A stretch of 64,000 bases of DNA, taken from the IMG/VR virus record IMGVR_UViG_3300037264_003342; one strand, 5' to 3'. The translations under genes and the position numbers were made by a program. The notes beneath the pieces were generated by a model. The model searched no databases and was not told where the DNA came from. It saw only the letters and a program-made list of their open reading frames with translations. Position 1 is the first letter of the stretch. Each line of letters starts with the position of its first letter. Below, piece by piece: positions 28,310 to 37,542 of the stretch. Origin of the DNA: an uncultured virus (IMG/VR IMGVR_UViG_3300037264_003342). Lineage: Duplodnaviria > Heunggongvirae > Uroviricota > Caudoviricetes.

Positions 28310-28860
28310 TCCCACTCGGTCGAGCGAAACCCACCTCACTGAACAACTTCCACTCCCACAACACCAGTTCCGTGAAGATGTAAAAAGTCGTGTAACCGCA
28401 CTCGATCGATTCTTGTTTCTACAACTAACTATCCGTTCTACAACAACTTCTATCACATATCGTACGACTGGCCTAACACACTCACGGTTACTTTACAGTA
28501 TCAGGAACACTGCCGCTTGTTGTAGATCTCTATCAACATCTGCTCGGGCGGTAAAAGTTCAACAAAAGTGGGGGCAGGTTGGGGGCAGGTAGGGGGCAGG
28601 TAGCTGAGCCCCCACTTTCACCATATAACATCAGTACTTTACCCCTCAGGGGGCAGAAAGGGCAGTCTCAAGACTTTCTAATTTTTTATTTTGATATGAC
28701 TATATGTGGCAACACAATAAAGAGAATTGGAATAGAAACACTTTTATGCTGCCCTTCCTGCCCCCTACACAATAAACCCTCGACACTGTTGGCGTTTTTG
28801 GGGGCTCAGGCACCTGCCCCCAACCTGCCCCCACTTGCCCCCTTACACGCCTGTTCAGCA
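28310..28860. other. Non-coding origin-like region with iterons and an AT-rich core
   Basis: GGGGGCAGGT x3 (28570-28601) mirrored by (A)CCTGCCCCC repeats (28812-28842); inner inverted repeat 28648-28665/28749-28766 flanks an AT-rich core. Confidence 0.7.
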
Positions 28861-29020
28861 CTGAACGCTGCGGAGGTTGACGCCGAGGCGCTCGGCACGG
28901 TAACCAAACGGCTCGAATGCGGCGGTTTCTCGCGCTCGCGGTGGGCCTCTGCTGCTCCGCTGCTCGCTGCTGGGAGCCGGCTTACGCGGCCCCAGGAGCC
29001 ACGCAGAGCGCGGTCGAGGT

Positions 29021-29572
29021 TCAGCCGCCCTCGACGTGCTCGGGCACGCCGGCAGCGACGCCAGCCGAGATCACGGTGGAGCCCGGCGTGCAGCCGGCGA
29101 TCCTCCGCCAGTACGCTTGCCGCGTCTCGCCGCAGTCGACCCGAGCCATGCACGCGGCCGGCGGGTCGCAGGCCCCCTTCGCGTCGTCGCAGCGCCCACC
29201 GTAGTGCTCGGCCTCGGGGCACGGGTTGAGCGTCTCACCCGCGAGGAACGCCTCGGCTGCCTCGTAGACCGCGAGCCAGGCGGGGGCGACCTCGGCCCAG
29301 TTCGCGTTGGCCGGCCAATGCTCGGGCTCGGCCGCCGTCGCGGTGAGCGCTCGGATCCACGCGCGCCGTGGGCCGCTCTTGAGGTAGCTACCGTTGCGCT
29401 TGCGCTTGAAGATCGGCGTGTAGGCCCGGACCTGCGCCTCCAAGCCGCGCTCCGCCTGCTCGGCGAGGTCGGCCTGCGCGTGCCACTGGATGACGCACTC
29501 ACCAGTCGGAGCTGGGAGCGAGATCTCGGCCACGCACATCTGCGCGAGGAGAAGCGCGAGGTCAGGAGACAA
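29021..29572 (-). CDS. Putative cell-wall-hydrolase-like protein
   Basis: LLAQMCVAE...A.AFLAG...NPC..A.HYGG loosely resembles Hydrolase_2 and the 13313-13879 ORF. Confidence 0.4.
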   Translation of the reverse strand: MSPDLALLLAQMCVAEISLPAPTGECVIQWHAQADLAEQAERGLEAQVRAYTPIFKRKRNGSYLKSGPRRAWIRALTATAAEPEHWPANANWAEVAPAWLAVYEAAEAFLAGETLNPCPEAEHYGGRCDDAKGACDPPAACMARVDCGETRQAYWRRIAGCTPGSTVISAGVAAGVPEHVEGG

Positions 29573-29895
29573 CGGGAGGGAGAGTACAGCGGTTGGTCGA
29601 GAGCTGTCACGGGGAGGCCCGACAGACGACCTTGCGGATGTCGAACGGATTCTCGCGACGTACCGTCACGCACGGCATCGGGTTCACCGTCAGCATGCTC
29701 GCCCACCACGGGTCGGGGGGACACAAGTAGACGCGCGTCTCGACCATGGTGCCCGAGCAGGCCTTGATTGCCGCGCGCTCGGCGGCCTTGAGGTTCTCCT
29801 CGACACACACCGTCATCCAAAGCTCTCGGTGCGCGTCGACTCGTCCGATTACTGCGTAGTTCTTCATCTCACCCTTCAGACGTGGCTCGCTCGGG

Positions 29896-29940
29896 CGGTC
29901 TGACAGCTAGCTTTGCGCTTTCGCACAGGTTGGGGTAGAA
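29896..29940 (+). promoter_or_regulatory. Sigma70-like promoter/operator, copy 1
   Basis: TTGCGC-N17-TAGAAA; near-duplicate at 32446-32492. Confidence 0.55.
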
Positions 29941-29952
29941 AGGGCAGCAAGG

Positions 29953-30345
29953 ATGACGACCACAAACTGTTGCGTCTGCGGCGTCGTGTTCGGGGTACCC
30001 GATTTCTTCTTGGAGGCGCGCCGAAAAGACAAGAAGACTTTCTACTGTCCGAACGGGCACAATTTGTCCTACACGGAAAGCTCCCAGGACGTGAAGATCC
30101 GCGAGCTGGAGCGCAAGAACACTCAACTTGTCGAAGAGAAGGACCGTCTCTCAGGAGAACTCGCACGCCCGTGGCGCTGCCCGCACTGCACACGGCGCTA
30201 CGTCGAGCGCTACGGATTGATCCGCCACGTCGAGTCGACGCACGGCCGCAAGGCGGCTCTCGCACTCCCCGAGAACGCAGGAGACGACGCGCACGGTGAC
30301 ATGGGAGTAGGGCCGGGCCGAAAGGTCGTCCCTATAAGGGGATGA
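29953..30345 (+). CDS. Zinc-binding protein (CxxC/CPNGH, coiled coil, C2H2 finger)
   Basis: CCVCG, FYCPNGH, CPHC....Y.....LIRHVESTH. Confidence 0.75.
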   Translation: MTTTNCCVCGVVFGVPDFFLEARRKDKKTFYCPNGHNLSYTESSQDVKIRELERKNTQLVEEKDRLSGELARPWRCPHCTRRYVERYGLIRHVESTHGRKAALALPENAGDDAHGDMGVGPGRKVVPIRG

Positions 30346-30348
30346 GGG

Positions 30349-30648
30349 ATGGAGCATGACTTGAAATGCTGGCCGCACGAGTTTGACGCTGTGAAGCGCG
30401 GCGACAAAACGTTCGAGGTGCGGCGCAACGACGACCGCGATTTCGCCGAGGGCGATGTGCTTCTGCTACGGAAGTGGGACCCGGCGCGCGAGGACTACGT
30501 CATAGGGGACAGTGACGGCTACACGCAAGTCGCGAGGTACGCGAACACACTTCGCGCCGTCGTGACGTATATCCTACACGGTGGACGTTTCGGACTACCG
30601 TTGGGTCTGTGCGTGATGGCGATTCGTGTCGAGCCGAATGGAGGCTAA
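30349..30648 (+). CDS. DUF3850/ASCH-family protein
   Basis: HDLKCWP..F.AV..G.KTFEVR.NDDRDF..GD.L.L. Confidence 0.85.
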   Translation: MEHDLKCWPHEFDAVKRGDKTFEVRRNDDRDFAEGDVLLLRKWDPAREDYVIGDSDGYTQVARYANTLRAVVTYILHGGRFGLPLGLCVMAIRVEPNGG

Positions 30649-31061
30649 AGTGGAGCGTGACCACCTCCCCGATCCTCCCGAGCCGAGCGAGGAGTTTTTC
30701 CGTGTGGAGCAAGTCGTACACGACGCGTTCGAGGACGGGATGCGCGCAGGACGCAAGCAGCTCGTGTTCGAGATCTGCTTCTGCTGTTTCGCGGCGGGGA
30801 TCTGCTTCGTCGTCGTGGTTTTCATGTGGGGGGCATGATGGATACCCAGACCCCCAGTGAACGCCACCGTCCGAGACTCGTGCGTTTGTGGATGAACGCC
30901 CAGAACTGTTGGACGTGGTACGCGGTCTACGGGGATCTCATCGGTTCTGGAACCACACCAGAAGAGGCGTTTCACAATTTCGACGCGGCGTTTTCCAAGA
31001 ACTCAGGTGGTGCTATCCCCGATCTGTTGACTCTCAAACAGATTCGCAACCTCGTGGCGTC

Positions 31062-31643
31062 TCAAGAGGCCAAGTCCTTGTGAGTGAACCTCCGCCATAG
31101 CGCCACGAGCAGCGCTCCAGCAACGCCGACGGCCACCAACACGCCCACCCCCGAGCCGATGGCCGAGGCTACCGACCCTCGTAGAGCTTTCGAGAGCGTG
31201 TCGTAGCCGCTCGTCGTGAAGTGGACTCCATCAGCCCCGAGCTGTGTCGACCAGAGCCGCGTGTCGAGCCAGTCGACGCCGAGCGCCGGCAACTGTTCCC
31301 TCTGCGCTGCGGCTTGGAGGCCGTGACGCTTCGCGACGTCGGGAGCTGTGGCCGCGAACGGCCCGAGCCAGAGGAGTCGAGCTTGGGGATTTCTCGCACG
31401 CACGGCCTGCACGAGCGCGGCGCGGGAGGCAGACTGATCTCCGAAATCGTTGCCCCCGAGCGAGATGGCGACGACGTCGACCCCCACAGGCTGCGTCATC
31501 TTCGATGTGGCTCCCCGTGTGCCGGCTCCAGGGAACGCCTCGTAGATGACCCTGTGCTGCGGCAAGAGCGCGGCGAGCCGGGGCCCGAGCGCCTGCGTGT
31601 GGCTGTCGCCCAGCATGTAGATGCTCGCCACGCACCCGAGCAT
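31062..31643 (-). CDS. SGNH/GDSL hydrolase with C-terminal TM anchor
   Basis: LGDSH, PGAG, LGGND and DGVH, followed by a hydrophobic tail and RR. Confidence 0.85.
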   Translation of the reverse strand: MLGCVASIYMLGDSHTQALGPRLAALLPQHRVIYEAFPGAGTRGATSKMTQPVGVDVVAISLGGNDFGDQSASRAALVQAVRARNPQARLLWLGPFAATAPDVAKRHGLQAAAQREQLPALGVDWLDTRLWSTQLGADGVHFTTSGYDTLSKALRGSVASAIGSGVGVLVAVGVAGALLVALWRRFTHKDLAS

Positions 31644-31715
31644 ACAGAGGTCGCAGTGCTCCGTCGAAGATACTAAGAGAAGGGCAACTTTTCGCCGAAG
31701 TGGGGCGTTTTTCTT

Positions 31716-31922
31716 TTAGGGCGCGCTTACTGTGTGCCTTTTGCTTTGGATCAGATCGTGCAGTGCGGCAACATCCACGAGGCGACGCCCTCCAATTCGC
31801 ACAGTCACGATCACGCTGCGTGCCACCCATCCACGTACGGTGCGTTCCGGTACGCCGAGGGCCTGCGCGACATCGTGGATCGATGTCAATCGCGGAAGAG
31901 TCCAGTGGGTTGTATCCGTCAT
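31716..31922 (-). CDS. Excisionase-like helix-turn-helix protein
   Basis: LTSIHDVAQALGVPERTVRGW.....I..VRIGGRRLV. Confidence 0.75.
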   Translation of the reverse strand: MTDTTHWTLPRLTSIHDVAQALGVPERTVRGWVARSVIVTVRIGGRRLVDVAALHDLIQSKRHTVSAP

Positions 31923-31985
31923 GCCGTCGGGTATAGGGCGGCAATAATCAGCCGGGGATGGACAAAACCCAAAACCCCCGGCCAG

Positions 31986-32426
31986 CTACGGGGTCAGCGC
32001 ATGCTGGCTCCAGAAAGCCTCCGACACCGTCAGCTCCTCTGCCGACAAGCTAGGATCTCCGGGCTCTCGGGGCGCGAGCGGCCCCCCGAAGGCCGTGTAG
32101 AGCACGCAGGCTCCTGCATCCCCCGGCCCGCCGATGACGGTCAGGAGCGGGCTCAGGAGCGGCTCATCCTCAAGGTGAGCGAGGAGCCGAGACGTCCAGC
32201 TCCGGCCCGGCCGAAGCTCGTAGACGACCGCCTCCTCGGGGATGGGAGCCATGCCGACTGCGGGCCCCCGCAGAGAGCAGGGGAGCCAGCCGAGGCCGGC
32301 GGGGATGTTCACGGTTTCGGCGAAGAATTCACTTCGGTCGCCGAAGAGTTCGAGCAGCAAACGAACGTGCCCGAGTTCGAGGCCGTGGTCGAGGTGCGAT
32401 TGCGGTGTGATGATTAGCATACCCAT
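31986..32426 (-). CDS. Hypothetical protein
   Basis: SHLDHG...LRGP..G..PI.E..V....RPGR...SRL...LYTAFGGP.APREPGD...FW..HAL; start reassigned. Confidence 0.65.
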   Translation of the reverse strand: MGMLIITPQSHLDHGLELGHVRLLLELFGDRSEFFAETVNIPAGLGWLPCSLRGPAVGMAPIPEEAVVYELRPGRSWTSRLLAHLEDEPLLSPLLTVIGGPGDAGACVLYTAFGGPLAPREPGDPSLSAEELTVSEAFWSQHALTP

Positions 32427-32445
32427 CCGACGTTGCTCGCGGGTC

Positions 32446-32492
32446 CGGTCTGACAGCAAAGCTTTGCGTTTTCGTAGAGGGTGGGGTAGGAC
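32446..32492 (+). promoter_or_regulatory. Sigma70-like promoter/operator, copy 2
   Basis: CGGTCTGACAGCAAAGCTTTGCGTTTTCGTAGAGGGTGGGGTAG matches 29896-29938. Confidence 0.55.
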
Positions 32493-32504
32493 AAGGGCTC
32501 GGAG

Positions 32505-32669
32505 ATGGACGATCCGTTCGAGAAGATTGCTCAAGACGTTGTTCAGAAGTGCGAGCGCGTGGAGTGCGGCTTCGACGAGTTCGTGTCTGGGCTCGCAACC
32601 GTGCTCGATGCGATCTGCGAGCGGTTAGACATGGCGCGCGACGAACAGCGGAGCCGCCGCGATGCCTGA
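32505..32669 (+). CDS. 54-aa hypothetical protein (MDDPFEKIAQD...)
   Basis: Hand-translated; follows promoter copy 2. Confidence 0.5.
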   Translation: MDDPFEKIAQDVVQKCERVECGFDEFVSGLATVLDAICERLDMARDEQRSRRDA

Positions 32670-32852
32670 TCTTTGCGAGGGGGAGCCGTGCTCAGACTGT
32701 GGTGGGACAACCTTGGAGTTCCGTGGCGTCGGCAAGGACACCGAGTACCGTCTGTGCCCGCGATGGCAGGAGCCCGGCCACATGTCCAAGGACGAGATGC
32801 GCGCGAAGATTCGATCGCTGGTGGCGGACCTGAATCCGTCGGGGAGATTCGC

Positions 32853-33278
32853 ATGACGGAGGCTCCGATGGCGAGTGAAGGCGACGAGGCCGAGGCGCTG
32901 AACTGGCTGGAGCGGATGCTCGCGGACGGCACCGATCCGCGCGAAGCTCTCGCGAGAGCGCACGAAAAAATCACCACCCTGCGCGCCGAGCTGAAGGCTG
33001 AGCACGCCCGCTACGTCGAGTACTCGACGGCATGGGGCGATGTGGCGCGCGGACAGGCGGCGCTGAAGTTGGCAGAGGACGCCTTCGCCGCACGCTTCGC
33101 ATCGGTTGTCACCCTCGAAGCCGACCTCGCGCGCGAGAGGGAGAGGGCGCAGGCGGCCGAGGCGAAGCTCGCTGTGATACAGGAGCAAGGTGTTCGCTGC
33201 TCGACGTGTAGGCGTCTGTTGCCGGACGGGCACCCTGGTGGCTACTGCCCGGCGCGCGACGACCCAGGTTACTTCTGA
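32853..33278 (+). CDS. Coiled-coil hypothetical protein
   Basis: Coupled ORF with C-terminal CxxC. Confidence 0.55.
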   Translation: MTEAPMASEGDEAEALNWLERMLADGTDPREALARAHEKITTLRAELKAEHARYVEYSTAWGDVARGQAALKLAEDAFAARFASVVTLEADLARERERAQAAEAKLAVIQEQGVRCSTCRRLLPDGHPGGYCPARDDPGYF

Positions 33279-33522
33279 GACGCCCCATGGGGACCAAAGG
33301 CATGAGCCTCCGCAAGACGGAGCACCAGTTGGAGGTCTACGAGCGCGAAGCTCGGAAGATGAGCAAGGCCGCCCTGGAATCGCACTACTCTTGCGCGCTC
33401 GCGAACTGGAACATCGCCCTCGACGAGATGGACCGTCTGCACGCGAAGTTGGAACGCCTCCAAAAGAAGTTGAAGAAACGACGTCGCGGAAGATCGTTGC
33501 GACGCAGTGGAAGAAGAGAGTA

Positions 33523-33960
33523 GTGAAAAAAGTAGAGAGCGTCTGCCGTACGAAGGTCAAGGAGTACGGCGTCCGGTTCGAGACTGGGAGGCCGGTGGAG
33601 TTCAGGTACGTGCGCAACACGGAGAGGGCTGGGTACTTCGGAGCGCGCTTCCAGCAAGACATCGAGCCGGCCGGCATGTACCTCTTGCACAATCCAGATC
33701 CTGGCGACCTCCAGAGGAATTGGAAGGCCGGCACCGCTCGTCTGAAGCATCCGCTCGTTCTCTGCTTCAACTCGACTCCAGGGAACACCTACGACGGCGG
33801 GAGCTGGAAGGCGCAGCTCTATCGCGCCTATGGCAAGAAGCGCGCGAGGCTCACGACGGCGCTGCTCGCGGACGGCTACGATGGCATCGTCACCGTCTGG
33901 CTCGATGAGGACGGCTCACCGATGGACACGAGGGAGATCGTGCTGCTGGCACCACAATGA
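33523..33960 (+). CDS. Hypothetical protein
   Basis: FQQDIEPAG.Y...PLV....L.A.GYDGIV; GTG start overlapping the upstream stop. Confidence 0.55.
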   Translation: MKKVESVCRTKVKEYGVRFETGRPVEFRYVRNTERAGYFGARFQQDIEPAGMYLLHNPDPGDLQRNWKAGTARLKHPLVLCFNSTPGNTYDGGSWKAQLYRAYGKKRARLTTALLADGYDGIVTVWLDEDGSPMDTREIVLLAPQ

Positions 33961-34409
33961 GGATGCCTAACAACCCCGAGTGGAGGCACGAGAAGCTATG
34001 ATAGACATGACTGGACAACCGCCAAGTAATCAGGACGTGGAGGACGCCATCAAAGCTGTTACGAGCGTGATGGTGAACCCCAAAACGATGCTGAGCTTGC
34101 CACCGGAGTTGATTGTGAATCTGCCAAATATACGTCGGTGCCTGATGGAACTTCGGAAGCTTCGATGACGCCACCCGTCGCGACGAAATCCCGCACCTTT
34201 GTCTGTTCCAATATCTGCTCCTTCTGCGAGAAGTCTCTCGCCAGCGTTCAAGCCAACACCGCGAGCGTCACGGCAGCCATCAACAAGCTCAAGCGGCGCA
34301 AGACCCGCTGCAAGGACCACCCGAGCGTTCCGATCATCCGGCACGTACGTCCTGCAGAGCTTCCGCCGATCGGCGAGAAGGCGACGGGCTTCAAGGGGCC
34401 GCCGCACTA

Positions 34410-34892
34410 CTAGCGGAGCACGAGGTCGTGCTCTTTGCTGATCTGTTCCTCTGCAGCTTGGCAAGTATCTTCCATGTGCAAGAGCGCCAAGCTCACGTCA
34501 CAGCCGGGCCGTGTGCAGTTGCGCTCGTGGAAGCTCCGGTAGTCCTCGACGCCTTCTCGCACGCCTTTGTGAAACGTGGCTAGGGCCACTGGCTCTCCGA
34601 CGGCTGAGATGGCGATGCCGATCTCATAGCCGACGACCAGTGAGACAGCGGTTAGGATGTCGCTTTCTATCTCCTTCTTCAGAACTTCAGGCGCGGCGGC
34701 CGAGTAGTTGTGAACCAACTCCGAGACTTGGCTGGAGAGCATTTCGATGAAGAGCACCCTCGCTTCTTGTTCGTTGGATGTTGCGCGAACGCGAACCGCC
34801 TCGAAGATCGTACGCAGGACGTAGACGACAGCCATCACGCACGCCAACAGAATTCGGAACGGAAGCACGAATGCCGTAATCCAGCTCTTCAT
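34410..34892 (-). CDS. Hypothetical protein with N-terminal hydrophobic segment
   Basis: Start MKSWITAF overlaps the primase stop. Confidence 0.6.
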   Translation of the reverse strand: MKSWITAFVLPFRILLACVMAVVYVLRTIFEAVRVRATSNEQEARVLFIEMLSSQVSELVHNYSAAAPEVLKKEIESDILTAVSLVVGYEIGIAISAVGEPVALATFHKGVREGVEDYRSFHERNCTRPGCDVSLALLHMEDTCQAAEEQISKEHDLVLR

Positions 34893-37357
34893 CAGTTGGG
34901 TTTTCCTCTCTTCTCGATGGCCCTCTGCAGGATAGCCTTCGGCAGCGACTCGATTCTCTCCTTCGGAGTCTTCACTTTCAACCCGACGAAGAACCGCTCG
35001 CCGTGGACCTTCTTCGTACCGTACTGCTTCTCCAAGGCTGCGTAGAACCTCTTGCGCTCGTGGAACGTCCGCACCTTGTACTCGGTGCAGTACTCCTCGT
35101 AGGCCGCCCAGAGCGTCGAGCGCGTTTCTACCGCATCGGCCGAGACGACACACCAGCGCTCGATGAAATCGCGGAGCGGGTCTTGCTCGTGGCGGTAGAG
35201 CGTGTTCGCGACGATTACCTCTCGCGGGGTGACGAGCTGCTCCTTGATCCACTCCCGCGCTTCGCGCGCGAGCCGTGCCCAGATGCCCACGGCCTCCTGC
35301 AAGAGCCTCCGAGGCATGTCCCGGTCTGGCTTCTCCTTGAATGATGCGTTGCACGGGATCACGCAAAGCCGTCGCCAGATGCCTTCGTCGGTCCCTCGGA
35401 CGTGCGGCAGGTGGTTGAGGGCGAGCCAGAGCGTGAACTCGGGCTTGTAGCTCCACTCGTTCTGATAGAGTTTGCGACCCGTGATGATGTCCGAGCCCGT
35501 CAACTCCTTGAGCAGCGACTCTGCGAGCGCGCGGCCTTCGTCGACCTCCTGGCACGCCGCGAAGCGTATCGCCGCAAGCGACATGCGCCACGTCTCGTGT
35601 CTGTTCGTGCCTCGGTTCGAGAGCAGGTTCTCGCTGTTCGCGGCCATCGCGTAGCCAGTCGGGCCTTGCCCGAGTAGCTCCAGCATGAGGTTGAGGAAGG
35701 TGCTCTTCCCGTTCGCGCCGTCGCCGTAGAGGATGAACATCTTCTGCTCGTCGGTGACACCGCAGACCGAGTAGCCCATCGCGCGCCAGAGGAACTTGAT
35801 GAGCCGCTCGTTGTCACACATGAAGTTGCGCATGAACGCGTCGAAGCGCGGACATTTCGCGTCGGGGTCGAAGTCGAACGGGACGATGCGGGTGATGTAA
35901 TCTTCACGATTGTGTGGGGACAGCACTCCTGTGCGTAGGTCCAACGTGCCGTTCTTGAAGTTCAGGAGCCACGGGTTCCGGTTGAAGCCGAGGTGGCTAG
36001 TGATCACCTCGGGGAAGTGACTCGCGATGTTGATAGCGCTCAGCTCCTTGGCGTTCGTCTCACTCTTGAGAGCGAACTTGTGAACCTCTTCGAGCTGCTT
36101 CTTGAGCTGCTCGTACTTCGCTTCTGTCTGGGTGAGGAGTTCGGCGCTGATGTTAGGATCTCGTTGCATCGCCTCGTAGTTTTTCTTCGCGACGACGTAC
36201 TCCTCGGCGAAAGCGTCGGCCTCCGTGATGATGGACCGGACAGTCTCGAACATCCTCTGGCGCACGACCTCGCTACCGGCGTCGACATTCCAGTGCTTGC
36301 CGTTCCAGCCGAGCCACGAGCGCCAGCTCGGCTCCCAGCGGATGTCGAGCCTGTGTTGATCGACGAGCCGCTCGGCCAAGCCGAACTCGGTGAACGGTCG
36401 AACCTGTACGGCGTTCGATTTCGGCGGCCACCACGGCTGCATCGCGCCGTCGGCGATGGCCTTCTCGACCTGCACGATCGATTTCTCCAGGTAGGCTGGC
36501 ACCCAGTCGGCCGCTTCGCCTTGAGCATTTCGGTATCGGCGGCCGAGAGCGATGACGATGGAGTTGCGCAGTCGCTCGGCCGGCATGATGTGCGGCACGC
36601 CGCGCGCAAGCCCGAAGACCTTGTGGACTTTCAAGTCGTAGATGGGACCGGGGTAGGGCCGAGCTTCGATCTCGTCTACGAGGTGCGCGAGCTTCGCGTT
36701 CCAGTAGTCCCGCAGGCCCTCTTGAATTTCGCCGCGTTCCTCTTCGGCGATGACCTCCTCGTAGTTCTCGATCTTCTTCTCGACGACGCCCTCGGGGAGC
36801 GGGAGCGCGAGCACCTCGTCTACGTCGAGCCCAGGGCCGTCCGCGCCGAAGGCCTTGTACTTGGCGAAATCACCGCCCGGCGTGAAAAACATGTGCGCCG
36901 CGTCGCTACACTTCCAGTCAGCCGTGGTCGTCGCTTGGAAGCGCACGAGCATGCGCGGGAAGAAGGCCTTCCACTCGGTGATGTTCACCGGCCGAGAGAA
37001 CTTCACGAACGCGCGGTGCTTGTGCTGACCCGCCGGGTCGTGGCTGAAGCTCGTGTGAACGAAGTGGCCGAACTTCTTGACGATGGAGAGCGTCAGGTCT
37101 TGCTCTGTTGCTGACCCATGATCTAGGTCGAGCACCCCCATCGTCACGTTGAGCACGTTGTGCGCGGTGCGGCGCACGATGTCGCTGTGGTTGAACTCGG
37201 CCGGGATGATGAGCGGGAGGTCGTCCTTCTTCTCAGCTTTGATGAACGTCTCGGGGTCGAGGCTAGTCGCAACAAAGGCGGCAAAATCTGGGTCTGAGCG
37301 CTGCTCGTCTATAAACGCAGAGTTTGAGACATACCTGCACAGAGCCCACAACAGCAT
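34892..37357 (-). CDS. Primase-helicase, P4/D5 family (N-terminal AEP-like primase plus SF3 helicase)
   Basis: VLDLD and HTSFSH in the N-terminus; LLNFKNGTLDLRTG; Walker A YGDGANGKSTF; LKELTGSD..TGRKLY; GIWRR. Confidence 0.92.
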   Translation of the reverse strand: MLLWALCRYVSNSAFIDEQRSDPDFAAFVATSLDPETFIKAEKKDDLPLIIPAEFNHSDIVRRTAHNVLNVTMGVLDLDHGSATEQDLTLSIVKKFGHFVHTSFSHDPAGQHKHRAFVKFSRPVNITEWKAFFPRMLVRFQATTTADWKCSDAAHMFFTPGGDFAKYKAFGADGPGLDVDEVLALPLPEGVVEKKIENYEEVIAEEERGEIQEGLRDYWNAKLAHLVDEIEARPYPGPIYDLKVHKVFGLARGVPHIMPAERLRNSIVIALGRRYRNAQGEAADWVPAYLEKSIVQVEKAIADGAMQPWWPPKSNAVQVRPFTEFGLAERLVDQHRLDIRWEPSWRSWLGWNGKHWNVDAGSEVVRQRMFETVRSIITEADAFAEEYVVAKKNYEAMQRDPNISAELLTQTEAKYEQLKKQLEEVHKFALKSETNAKELSAINIASHFPEVITSHLGFNRNPWLLNFKNGTLDLRTGVLSPHNREDYITRIVPFDFDPDAKCPRFDAFMRNFMCDNERLIKFLWRAMGYSVCGVTDEQKMFILYGDGANGKSTFLNLMLELLGQGPTGYAMAANSENLLSNRGTNRHETWRMSLAAIRFAACQEVDEGRALAESLLKELTGSDIITGRKLYQNEWSYKPEFTLWLALNHLPHVRGTDEGIWRRLCVIPCNASFKEKPDRDMPRRLLQEAVGIWARLAREAREWIKEQLVTPREVIVANTLYRHEQDPLRDFIERWCVVSADAVETRSTLWAAYEEYCTEYKVRTFHERKRFYAALEKQYGTKKVHGERFFVGLKVKTPKERIESLPKAILQRAIEKRGKPN

Positions 37358-37542
37358 GCACGTCTCCCCTTAAAGCAGAAGGACAGGACTACGCTTCTGA
37401 GCGAGAGCCGTCAACATTTATTCAGTGAGAAAACGCTTGTGTTGTGACGGAGCCCCCACCCCAACAGGTAGTGCCGCATGAAAAGCGCGAGAGTGAGCTT
37501 GACTCTTACACTTGCGCATGTGCATAGTTCCCGTCCAAGGAG

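Noticed and set aside
28579..29229. 216-aa plus-strand ORF across the origin-like region
   Set aside because: Runs through the iterons and AT-rich core, has atypical composition and overlaps a better minus-strand gene.
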